This document shows, one piece after another, positions 51,453-61,739 of a DNA stretch of 64,000 bases; position 1 is the stretch's first letter; every line of letters begins with the position of its first letter. Source of the DNA: Callorhinchus milii (Eukaryota); NCBI RefSeq assembly GCF_018977255.1, contig NW_024704778.1, forward strand, positions 496,001-560,000. The letters run 5' to 3'. The translations under genes and the position numbers were made by a program. Below the pieces are notes generated by a model. That model had not been told where the DNA came from. It made no database searches and saw only the letters and a list, made by a program, of their open reading frames with translations.

Positions 51453-52591
51453 ACTACACAACTGACAAATCTTAAAAGTCACTGAACGCACATTTTCACA
51501 TCGTAATCTCTTGGATGCAAACGTGTCTGTACCTGTGGAGTTTTAGAGGAATGTGGGGAGTGCGATTCCGAGGGAACAATAGAGAGTATTCAATCAAATT
51601 TACAAGTCCATAGCGTCTCAGGACAGAGAGGACTGGCAGAGAGGTCAGTGACAAGGGTTAGAGACACAGTAAAGTTCCCTCTATACTGTGCGTCCATAAT
51701 TGGCTGCAGCGTTTTGCCTACAAAATACACAGTCACTGCACTTTACAGAATATTGTGAAGCGCTTTGAGGGGTCTCAATGACGTGATAAGGAGCTGTATC
51801 AAATGCAAGGATTATTATTAATATTATTATTTCAGCTTAGTGCTGAGATGGGGAAGGGCGGCCCACATTGTTAGAAACACAGTTAAACAGAGGTCCCGTC
51901 TGTGCTCTGTTCAGGCGGACATCAAAGATCTCCCACAGCGCTATTGGGGAAAAGAGGAAGGAGTTTTTCTCTTTTTCGCTCTCTCCCAGTCCCCCCCAGA
52001 TAAAATTGCTCGCTTGCTCGCGTGACGGCTGTTTGCTGGGATGTTGCTGTGCGCAAATTGATTGCCGTGCTTGTCCTGAAACAAAAATATTTGACAGTAA
52101 TTATCGACGAGCAGTTTTTTTTTTCCATGCGATTAAAAAGTTCCTATAAAAACGCCAGCTCTTTGGGTCCTATTTCGGTCGAAAGCAAATGTCAAGAGAT
52201 TTAATAACAAGAGGAGATACAGACTAAACACCTCTCTCCCCTCCTTTCCCCAATGCGTACCATTCTTGGCATTATTCCACAAGCTGTGATAGACTGACTG
52301 CTCAGTACTGTTCATAGATACTGATCCACACTTATACAATAATAATCCTTGCAGTTGATTCTGCGCCTTATTAAGTTGTTGAGACGTCTCAAAGTGCTTC
52401 ACAGAATAAAGTTTGCGGGACATTGCTGTGCTTAAAATTGTCTGTCAGGGTGTCTCAAAACAAAACACAGTCACTGCACTGACTGCAGAGAACTTTAACA
52501 TCCCCCTGAACAGGCACACAGATGGGAGTGAGAATGATTATGATTTATGGAAATAAACACACTTTTTAAAAAAGGTTTATTTGTGTTTCAG

Positions 52592-52743
52592 GTGTAAGGA
52601 GAGTTTGGTGCGAAGTATGAAAACGGTTCTGCTTCGGGGTTTAAACCTCGAACGCGCTCCCTCTGTAAATCCGCAACTGACACACTCACTGCGGGTCATG
52701 TGGAGAGCCAACCTCGGGCTTCTGGCAGGAGAAACTCAACCAG
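52592..52743 (+). CDS. gsdf: GSDF-like TGF-beta ligand, exon 2 (pro-domain)
   Basis: ttgtgtttcag|G TGT AAG...CCA G|gtacat; encodes (R)CKESLVRSMKTVLLRGLNLERAPSVNPQLTHSLRVMWRANLGLLAGETQP, with the LLxxLNL..P...W pro-region pattern of fish Gsdf. Confidence 0.88.
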
Positions 52744-52829
52744 GTACATTTAATAATAACAATTATAATTCTAGAGATAGAGACAGACAGACACACAGAC
52801 AGACAGACACACAGACAGACACACAGACA

Positions 52830-53068
52830 CACAACATATTAAATTTACACAGCGTTCATGTCGGGAAGACGTCCCAAGGCGCTGGACAGTCAGGGATTTG
52901 AACCCGAGCTGGGCGTTGGGCAGGGAGGGTGGGGTAGGAGGGTGACCGAAGGCGCAGTCGAGGAAGAGGATCTTGAGACAGGCCTTGAAGGAGGCAAGGA
53001 AGGGAGCGAGGGGAATGGGATTGTGGGATGGAGTTCCAAAGGGTGGGGGCAGAGAGGCTGAAGGCAGG
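52830..53068 (-). mobile_element. L2-clade LINE 3' end in gsdf-like intron 2
   Basis: AFSLSAPTLWNSIP...SFKACLK plus the same L2 tail in reverse. Confidence 0.75.
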
Positions 53069-53169
53069 GAGACAGATAGAGAGACACAGATACACAGACA
53101 CACACACACACAGACAGACACAGAGGGAGGGATGTGAGGTATGATTAAAACCAATGTGTTTGATGGCAG

Positions 53170-53268
53170 CAGAGAGCCAGAGCCTGACAGACACAGCGGC
53201 CTCAGCCGTGAGCACTCACACAGCGGGGCAGAGAGACTGCTGCCAGACTGTCTCCATCTCCCTCACAG
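53170..53268 (+). CDS. gsdf: GSDF-like TGF-beta ligand, exon 3
   Basis: tgtttgatggcag|CA GAG... (NAGNAG acceptor; alternative start 53173) ...CTC ACA G|gtaaga; encodes AESQSLTDTAASAVSTHTAGQRDCCQTVSISLT. Confidence 0.85.
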
Positions 53269-53705
53269 GTAAGAGGGTAAGATTAGCTTGCCTTAACCTG
53301 GCTTAACTTGTCACTGCCACTTAAATCAACACGGTGTCAATATCCCGGCTGCATTTATTTATGTAATTATACACGCGCCCACCTCGCCACTTCTCGTCAC
53401 TTAGCCCTTTTCCCTTCGAGTGACCAGCTATCAGGAGGTTGTATATTATTATACCCTCAAAAACAAATGTGGTCACTTAACCCACGACTGTTTGTGGGTC
53501 ACTGTTGCGCGCAATCGGTTTGCCTCGTTTTGCCCACAAAATACACACGCGGTGACTACACTTTATATATCCCGTGAAGCACTTTGAGAGATGTCGCAAA
53601 GACGTGGTAGGGCGCTGTATCAAATGCAAGGATTATTATTATTATATCTATAAAGATGATCAACGTGAGTTTAATAGCCTGTCTGCCCTTTCCCACTCCA
53701 CTCAG

Positions 53706-53836
53706 ATCTCGGCTGGGAAAACTGGATCATTCACCCAGAGGAGTTTCCCTACATCCTGTGCACCAACTGCAGAGCAGGGAGAAACTCACAGTCACCACAC
53801 TGCACCCATGACCAGCAGAGACACACAGCGCGCAAG
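53706..53836 (+). CDS. gsdf: GSDF-like TGF-beta ligand, exon 4
   Basis: cccactccactcag|AT CTC GGC TGG...CGC AAG|gtatgt; encodes DLGWENWIIHPEEFPYILCTNCRAGRNSQSPHCTHDQQRHTARK (TGF-beta DLGW.xW.I.P motif; CxxC without the usual Gly). Confidence 0.92.
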
Positions 53837-54093
53837 GTATGTCCTCCCAGCCCACTCCCCCCCCTTCTCCATCTTCAGGTTGTATGGCTTGGAAGAACCA
53901 AGCAACTTTGGACCTAAGGTTTCGGAACCTTTCCGCTGTGCCGTAGACTAATCCACGCAGAATTAATTGCTATCAGCATCTCTTCTATATTGTAGCATGT
54001 TACTGCCAGAATGGTAGAAAGCGAACTAGATGGACCTTGGACTTCTTATCCTCCATTCTTTTGCTCCTGTGAGAGCGAGCGTCAAAGGAGATA

Positions 54094-54478
54094 TGGAGGC
54101 CTGTAGCTCGGTGGTTAGAGCACTCGCCTCGCAAGCGAGACAACCCGGGTTCGATTCCCAGGCGGGCAGGGTGAAACGTTGGGCAAGTTTCGTTACTCCA
54201 CACACACACCTGGGTGTGTGGACAGTGTAGAGGGAGCAGTAAATAGGAATCCAGTTGCTAGTCGATTGGCAGATTGCTTTTCTGGGGTAATAACCTCTCA
54301 AATAATAATAATTTGGTCACTCAATCCACAACTGTTTGTGGGACACTGCTGTGCGCAATTGGCTGCCGAGTTTCGCCCACAAAATATAGTCAGTTCACTT
54401 TAGAGTATATGCTGTGAAGCGCTTTGAGACGTGTTGAAGACGTGATAAGGAGCTGTATCAATTGCAAGGATTATTATA
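54094..54478 (+). mobile_element. tRNA-derived SINE, full length, in gsdf-like intron 4
   Basis: tggaggcctgtagctcggtggttagagcactcgcctcgcaagcgag...ggttcgattccc...aaggattattataa. Confidence 0.87.
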
Positions 54479-54600
54479 AAGGTGAGAAAGTGGATGTTAC
54501 AGTGAATTCTGGGCTGTGAGGTCAATGTGAAGTGGGTTAATATAACCTGGTTTGGACACTGAGCTGAACTTAACACTCCCTGCCTTATCCCACTCTACAG

Positions 54601-54717
54601 GCTAAATGCTGCCGAAACAACAGACGGACATGGGTGTCTGTGGTTTACATAGACGCAGACGAGGGGCTGGTGACGAGTAATGTGCCCCTGACCGCAAGGT
54701 GTAGCTGTCGGGCATGA
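54601..54717 (+). CDS. gsdf: GSDF-like TGF-beta ligand, exon 5 (stop); total 211 aa
   Basis: ccactctacag|GCT AAA TGC TGC...GCA TGA; encodes AKCCRNNRRTWVSVVYIDADEGLVTSNVPLTARCSCRA* (CC...Y.D...CxC cystine-knot end). Confidence 0.92.
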   Translation, partial: AKCCRNNRRTWVSVVYIDADEGLVTSNVPLTARCSCRA

Positions 54718-54871
54718 AGGCCCCCGCTCTTCCCCGCCCCCACCAGCCCCCCGAGGAAGGTTACGAGAGGAGCGAACTTTCGTTGTGTCCTTGTGCTGAG
54801 AAAAAAACTCCCCTTCCCCCTTCCTTCTTCACCCCTTCCTCCGCCCACCCCCCCACCCCCCGCAAAGGAGA

Positions 54872-54877
54872 AATAAA
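54872..54877 (+). terminator. Candidate polyadenylation signal AATAAA for the gsdf-like gene
   Basis: AATAAA about 155 nt after the stop codon; more distal signals are also possible. Confidence 0.35.
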
Positions 54878-56247
54878 ATCGGCTTCAAAGACTGACGGAA
54901 ATTCCCACCACCGTCAACTCATGCTTCCAAAACTCCGTGACCGTCTCTGTGAGCACTTGGCTGCCATAATAATAATCCTTGCTTTTGACACAGCGCCTCA
55001 TCACGACTTCAAGACGTCGCAAAGCGCCTCAGAGGATACACTGTGAAGTGAATTAACTGTATATTTTGGGGGCGAAATAATCCTACCATTTAACACAGCC
55101 CCTTTCACGGCAGGCGGAGGTCTCAAAAGGATTTTTCATGTCCAGTGACTGTGTGTTGTGTGAACGATTTACCTATTGAGTGTTTTTTTTGATTAGTTAC
55201 GTGTGTTGTCGCAGTTTAGACTCTCTGTCCCCACGTGTGTGTAAATGAGCCCGGCCTGTACATAGCCTTTAGTACATCGAAATATACTGTTCCTGTTTCG
55301 TGCATCTTCGTTCATTTGAGGTCCTGGAAATTGAGCTGTTCAGATCGGTGTCTGTTTGTTTTATCCTGTGTTTTCTGCGATCTGTTGCCTAGAGGGGCGC
55401 TGTGTTAAATATATAAATATATGTCTGCACTGTATATAAACTGTATATATATATAAAATTGGTTCCGTGAAAACTTCTTAAGAAGTAGGATTCTACAGGA
55501 GTCTTAACAAACCGCACTCACTGGGACTAGCTCCAGGCGGATAATTGCTCTGTGTTCGTCTCTCTCTCTCTCTCTCTCTGTCTATCTGTGCATCTCTTCT
55601 CTTTCTGTAAGAGAGAGGGATAAAGGACGATACAGACAGACTGATGGAGTGAGAAAGACACAGAGAGAGATACACATACAACCAGACACACACACACAGG
55701 AAAAACAGAACACACTACTCATTAAAAAGTTTAGTTCAAAATTACTTTTATTCTCCCAAGATCTCCACAAAACCAAATAAAATAATGGCTGAAAGTTTGA
55801 GAGAATTGGACTCCGGTCACAACAACAGGAGTGAACCTTGCCATTACCCCAGCCCACGTCAGGCAGGTGCTAAGCTGCTGGTGAGTGAAGGAGGGCGAGA
55901 GGCAGAGAGAGACTCCAAACCAACGACACTCGCTGGGTGAGTGTGCGTCGGTCTGTGGTTGTGTGTGTTCACACCCCAACCTGCCTGCCTCAAAATGCAG
56001 GGAACAGCAAAGGGTTTAACAGAATGCACACACACGCTACCCCGAGCGGCTGATCTCTCACCCCCTCCACGTCGCTCACCCACAAACCTGACCCACAAGC
56101 AGTTACCACTACCTGAACTAACTCCCCTCAATTACCTGCCTGTTAATTTACCCCATTAACCCCATCTCTCTCTCTCTCCCCCTCTTTCCCCACCCCAGGC
56201 CTTTAACCCTCTAACTCCCAACTAGTTAGACGCTTGCCTGATATGTA

Positions 56248-56671
56248 CATCACAGGAGTGAAATTCCTCAGTCGCAGCCTTAAACGTTTAGGTTCATCCC
56301 AATTCATTTATTTGGGTCTTACCTAATTCCGGAGAGTATTAGGCGCAGGTTGGCAAGAGCCAAGGCTTGGGAAGAGCCCAGAGTGTGCGTTGGGGTAACC
56401 TCTGGAGTCTAATTAGCTAAAACCACACACGGCCTGGCCTTTGAGAGCACTGTCTGGCCAAGCTTTCCCACTGCTTGGCAGCTAGGACCACCCTCCCCAT
56501 TAGTTAGTTAGTTAGTTAGTTAGGGCTTTGGCTGCAGGGTTAACAGGAGCTGGAGGGGGAGGACTCCCTGCCGCCAATGACTGGTTGGCCCTTCCAGGTC
56601 CTGCCGATGACCCCGGCCGGGCTGGGATATGGCTAAGTATTTAGACTGTGAGGAATTTCAGGCCTTTGATG
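56248..56671. mobile_element. MITE-like element with 23-nt imperfect terminal inverted repeats
   Basis: catcacaggagtgaaattcctca (56248-56270) versus the reverse complement of 56649-56671, catcaaaggcctgaaattcctca (3 mismatches); the interior belongs to the repeat family above. Confidence 0.6.
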
Positions 56672-57230
56672 CTTAAGAAAGTGGTTCTTGTGATTGGCAG
56701 CAGATGAGGTTTCAGGTATAAACTCCCGGCACGACACACTTACAGTAGAGTAAGCAGCTCCCAGTGAACGACAAACTGTATAATATCATCGTCATTGTCC
56801 CATTAGCCTTGGAAATAACCCCCCCCCCCCCCCCCCCCCCCACTGGGACATTGGATTTTTCTGAAACTAATTTCCAACGTCAAAAAGTGTTTGACTGAAA
56901 ATGTTCCAACCCTAAGACCCAACCCCAACTCTATCCCCCAACCCAACCAAACCCACCCCCCACCCAAACCCCAACCCAACACTAGCTCCTCGCCCCAACC
57001 CTAGGCCCCAACCCTAGTCCTCAACCAAACCCCCAACCCCAGACCACCCTTCAGTCAATTTCCCTCCACCACTCCTCACATCCTGCACTGACCCCCCCAC
57101 CCCACTACTCCATTTCCTCTCCCATCCTTCCCTCCCCTTCCCCACCTCTCCTCCATTTCCTCCTCCCCTCTTGCATTGGCAACCTACCTATCCACCGCCC
57201 CCCCTCCCCCACCTCCCGCTGGTGTCGCTC

Positions 57231-57352
57231 TCACTCGATGAGTTTCTTGGCCTTGAAGAAACGCCTCAGGTAAAAGACCTGCCAGGTGGCCAAGCCAACC
57301 AGACAGAACATAGAGAAGATACTGAAATACAGCACTCTGGCACTCGTGGACT
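57231..57352 (-). CDS. TMED10: TMED10 (p24delta1/TMP21), exon 5 (TM helix and cytosolic tail); total 220 aa
   Basis: tcacag|AG TCC ACG...ATC GAG TGA; encodes [39 protein letters not shown] with FF and KKLIE motifs. Confidence 0.96.
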
Positions 57353-58268
57353 CTGTGAGAGAGAAGGGGGGGAGGGAGAGGAGAGAGAGGGGGAGGGAGG
57401 GGAGAGAGAGAGGGGGGGAGATAGAGAGGTTAATGTTAACAACAGTGTTCTCTGGTCAGGCCACAATAATATTTATACAGCACTTCATGTCAGGCGCCCT
57501 CCCAAGTGTGCGAGTGATTGAGTGGGAGGGAGGGAGAGTGTGACATAAGAGTGTGAGAGAGTGAGTGAGTGAGTGAGTGAGTGAATGAGTGTGTGAGAGG
57601 TGGGGGGGGGGGGGAAGGAGCAAAAGGGAGACTGGAACCAGAAACATGTACAGCCATTCAGCCCATTTTTTCTGTACCAATCCCTCGAAGAGCAATCCTT
57701 TCAGTCTCAGTGTCAGACGCACTTGATATTCATTTAATTTCGCCCACAAAAAACACACAGTCTCTACACTTCACAGTGTGAAACGCACTGAGACGTCTTG
57801 AAGACGTGACGCGGCGCCGGGTCAAACGGCAGCATTATTATTATTATTATTATTATTATTTTTTTACGTGCTGTGTTAGAGCGCCACAAGGTGTCAGTGC
57901 GGCGGTACTGCAATGGTCACAATTCCTGTCAACTGTCAGCCCTAATTCTGGGAAGGAAAACTGGAGGCAATGCCCCACTCCTTCCCCACTCCCCACCACC
58001 CCCCCCACACACTCCCCCCTCCCCCCCCCCACCACCCTCCCCTTGATCTGTAAGCCACCACCTGCGTGTGTCTGCACCTGTGTGCGTCTGTACCACAAGG
58101 GACAGAGAGGAACATATAGAATAATAATAATGGTCCTGGCTAGCGCCTTATCATGTCTTCGAGACGTCTCGAAGCGCTTCACAGGATACACTGTAAAGTG
58201 TAGTGACTGTGTGCTGGTGTTGTGAGTGAGACGCGGCAGCTGACTGCACCCAGCGACGTCCCTCTTAC

Positions 58269-58395
58269 CGTTGGTATCTCTCATTTCCTCCTCTCGTTGC
58301 TTCATGTAGGCAAAGTCATTGACGATGGATTCTGAGAGATCCTCCAGGCGTCGCAACTCAACCTCCAGCGGCTTCAGCTTCTCAGCTTTGGCGAT
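58269..58395 (-). CDS. TMED10: TMED10 exon 4 (127 nt; coiled coil)
   Basis: ctgcag|ATC GCC AAA...AAC G|gtaaga; encodes [42 protein letters not shown]. Confidence 0.96.
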
Positions 58396-58559
58396 CTGCA
58401 GGGGGTGGGTGGGGGGGGGGGGGGGGGAGCAGGGACGGAGAGGGGAGAGGGGAGAAAGGGAGGGAGGAGAGAGAGAGAAAGTGGAAGGGGGGAGAGAAAG
58501 CAAGGGAGGGGGGCAATAGGGAAAATATCATATTTTTATTCTTAGCCGTAAAGAAAAAC

Positions 58560-58880
58560 AACAACTTGCATTGATACAGTGCCCTTCACGGGGGGGGCAG
58601 CAAAGTGTAGTGACTGTGTACTTTTGTGGGTGAAACGTGGCAGCCAATTGCGCCCCGCGACATCCCCACAAACAGTCGTGGATTGAATGACCAAATTATT
58701 ATTAGCTTTTTTCAAGCAATTATTACCCCGGAAAAGCGATCTCCAGTCGATTAACGTACTGCTGGTAAACAGGGGCGCGCGCGCGTGTGTGTGTGTGTGT
58801 GGTGGGGGGGGGGGGGATCGAACCCAGGTCCGCTGGCGTGCGAGGTGAGGGCTCTAACCCCTTTGAGCTACAAGATTCCG
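58560..58880 (-). mobile_element. tRNA-derived SINE in TMED10 intron 3
   Basis: Same family, reverse orientation. Dozens of further partial copies, mostly tails, occur across the window (e.g. 1400, 2400, 5345, 6660, 7660, 14905, 16680, 19500, 23150, 28130, 30045, 36340, 48910, 49540, 51010, 53460). Confidence 0.75.
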
Positions 58881-58915
58881 CAGGAGATAAAGAAAGGAAA
58901 GCAATGGTGACTCAC

Positions 58916-58989
58916 ATCCTCGTAACTCTTGGCCTCTACCCCGTGTTTGGTGTTGAGGGTCACGACCTGGTCAGGGACTCGGAAATGGC
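58916..58989 (-). CDS. TMED10: TMED10 exon 3 (74 nt)
   Basis: cacag|GC CAT TTC...GAG GAT|gtgagt; encodes HFRVPDQVVTLNTKHGVEAKSYED. Confidence 0.95.
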
Positions 58990-59203
58990 CTGTGGACGGG
59001 AACGGAAAAGCAACCACTTTATTTTGAACGACGCGCAGCCCGTCGCAGAGGGCGCACTTTCTCAAAGCGCTGGCACGGAATATCCCGCATAGAGTGCAGC
59101 GACTGCGTATTTCGTGGGCGGAATGCAGCGGCCGATTGCGCACAGCAGCGTCCCCACAAACAGTTGAGTGACCAAACTTTATTTGGGGGTGTTGTTGACC
59201 AGG

Positions 59204-59240
<37 letters not shown>

Positions 59241-59382
59241 CGCACTCAGCGCTGCATTGCAGCATCAGCTTCGACCGTGTGATTCCAAGTCCTGACGTGT
59301 GAGGGGCTTGAACCCACAACCTCCTGACACAGAAGTGAGAGAGAGAGAGAGAGAGAGACTGAGCCGTGCGGACAGCACTCAC

Positions 59383-59503
59383 CTGGGGGGAGTTTGCTCT
59401 CGAAGCAGATCTCAAACATGTCGTAATCGTCCGTGGTGAAGGCAAACTTGCCTTTAGTGGCGTCTTCCTTCGAATACAGGATGTGACCCGATGAGTCTGT
59501 GAC
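59383..59503 (-). CDS. TMED10: TMED10 exon 2 (121 nt; GOLD domain)
   Basis: ttccag|GTC ACA GAC...CCA G|gtgagt; encodes [40 protein letters not shown]. Confidence 0.96.
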
Positions 59504-59641
59504 CTGGAAGAGAACAGCAGCTAAAGGCAACCGCAACTTGTCCCTCACGTCGGGCAGCGTCTCAGAGCGCTCTGAGGCGTCCGGATAGGACTCAGGGTGC
59601 GAGCAGCTGTCTATTCCAAAACAGAACAACTCAATAATCAT

Positions 59642-60130
59642 GGTGAGTGTGTGAGAGTGAGTGTGTGTGAGAGTGAGTGTGTGTGAGAGTGAGTGTGTGT
59701 GTGGAGAGGGTGTGAGAGTGAGTGATTGAGTGTGCGTGAGTGTGTGTGAGAGTGAGTGTGTGAGAGGGTGTGAGAGTGAGTGATTGAGTGTGCGTGAGTG
59801 TGTGAGAGAGTGAGTGTGTGTGTGTGAGAGAGTGAGTGTGTGTGTGAGAGAGTGAGTGTGTGTGTGAGAGAGTGAGTGTGTGTGTGAGAGGGTGTGAGAG
59901 TGAGTGATTGAGTGTGCGTGTGAGTGTGTGAGAGAGTGAGTGTGTGTGAGTGTGTGTGTGAGACGGTGTGAGAGTGAGTGATTGAGTGTGAGTGTGTGAG
60001 AGAGTGAGTGTGAGAGTGTGTGACACGATGTGGAGGGTGTAAAAGTGATTGAGTGTATACGAGTGTGAGTGAGTGTGTAAGAGTGAGTGAGTGTGAGAGT
60101 GTGTGTCAGTGTGAGAGTGAGTGTGTAAGT
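59642..60130. repeat. (GT/GA) compound microsatellite in TMED10 intron 1
   Basis: gtgagagtgagtgtgt units. Confidence 0.95.
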
Positions 60131-61488
60131 GACAGTGGGGGGGCAGTGTGGGGGGTATGGTGTGTGGGGGTATGTGTGGGGGGGCAGTGGGGTGTGTGGG
60201 GGGGCTGTGTGGGGGCAGTGTGTGGGCTGTGGGGGGCTGTGGGGGTGGGGGGCTGTGGGGGCAGTGTGTGTGGGGGGCTGTGGGGGGGCTGTGGGGGGCA
60301 GTGTGTGGGGGGGGCAGTGGGTGTGTGGGGGGGCTGTGGGGGGGCAGTGTGTGGGCTGTGGGGGACAGTGTGTGGGCTGTGGGGGGGCAGTGTATGTGGG
60401 GGCTGTGGGGTGGGGCTGTGGGGGGCAGTGTGTGGGGGCAGTGTGTGGGGGGGGTGTGGGGGGGCGCTGACCTTCAGGTGGGCGCTCAGTCCCGGTTGGT
60501 CACTGATTTGATAGTCTCAGTGTGTGTGTGTGTGTGGGGGGGCAGTGTGTGGGGTGGGGGGGCTGTGGGGGGGGGTGGGGGGCAGTGTGTGGGATGCAGG
60601 GCTGTGGGGGGCAGTGTGTGGGGGGAGGGGGCTGTGTGGGGGGGGCAGTGTGTGGGGGCAGTGTGTGGGTGGGGGGGGCAATGGGGGGGGGCTGTGGGGG
60701 GCAGTGTGTGGGGGGGGGGGGTGTGGGCTGTGGGGGGGGCTGTGTGTGGGCTGTGGGGGGCAGTGGGGGTGTGGGTGTGTGTGTGGGGGTATGTGTGGGG
60801 GTGGGGGGGCTGTGGGGGGGCAGTGTGTGGGGGCAGTGTGGGGGGGGGGCTGTGGGGGGCTGTGTGGGGGCAGTGTGTGGGGGGGGCTGTGGGGGGCAGT
60901 GTGTGGGGTGTGGGGCAGTCTGTTGGGGGGGCAGTGTGTGGGGGGGGGCAGTGTGTGGGGGGGGGCAGTGTGTGTGGGGGGTGTGGGGCAGTGTGTGGGG
61001 GGTGTGTGGGGGGCAGTGTGTGGGGGGTGTGTGGGCTGTGGGGGGGCGCTGACCTTCAGGTGGGCGCTCAGTCCCCGGTTGGTCACTGATTTGATAGTCT
61101 CAGTGTGTGTGTGTGTGTATGGGGGCAGTGTGTGGGGGGGGCAGTGTGTGGGGGGGCAGTGTGTGGGGGGGGCAGTGTGTGGGGGCTGTGGGGGGCTGTG
61201 GGGGGCAGTGTGTGGGGGGGGCAGTGTGTGGGGGGCTGTGGGGGCTGTGGGGGCAGTGTGTGGGGGCAGTGTGTGGGGTGTGGGCTGTGGGGGGGCGCTG
61301 ACCTTCAGGTGGGCGCTCAGTCCCGGTTGGTCACTGATTTGATAGTCTCAGTGTGTGTGTGTGTGTGGGGGTATGTGTGGGGGCAGTGGGGGGGGGCAGT
61401 GTGTGGGGGGGGGGTGTGGGGGGGGGGGCTGTGTGTGTGGGGGGGGCAGTGTGTGGGGGGGCTGTGGGGTGTGGGGTGTGGGGGGGGG
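60131..61488. repeat. G-rich minisatellite (gggggcagtgtgt / gggggctgt) in TMED10 intron 1
   Basis: Direct inspection; interrupted by three exon-end duplicates. Confidence 0.95.
60465..61351 (-). repeat. Three duplicated copies of the last ~46 nt of TMED10 exon 1 plus its 5' splice site (about 60465-60520, 61047-61103, 61296-61351)
   Basis: cgctgaccttcaggtgggcgctcagtcccggttggtcactgatttgatagtctc occurs 4 times (original at about 61489-61542); the 61047 copy has one extra C. Confidence 0.95.
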
Positions 61489-61495
61489 CGCTGAC

Positions 61496-61714
61496 CTTCA
61501 GGTGGGCGCTCAGTCCCGGTTGGTCACTGATTTGATAGTCTCCGGTCACTAAGACATCTTTGTGGATTTCTTCGCGGAGACACTTCCTGTTGTTGGGCGC
61601 GAGGCTGAAGGAGACGCCGAGGCTCGGGGCGGGGCCCAGGAGGAGCAGCAGCAGCGCCGCCGCCACCGGGACCCACACAGACACCGACGCGGACGCGGAC
61701 ACGGCGGCGGCCAT
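61496..61714 (-). CDS. TMED10: TMED10 exon 1 (signal peptide and start of GOLD domain, 73 codons)
   Basis: gcgATGG; encodes [73 protein letters not shown]|gtcagc. Confidence 0.94.
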
Positions 61715-61739
61715 CGCGATCAACACAGACGTGGCGCTG

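Noticed and set aside
53574-53951. 125-aa plus-strand ORF spanning gsdf exon 4
   Set aside because: Wrong frame and starts in a SINE tail; the meaningful frame is DLGWENWIIHP set by the splice phases.
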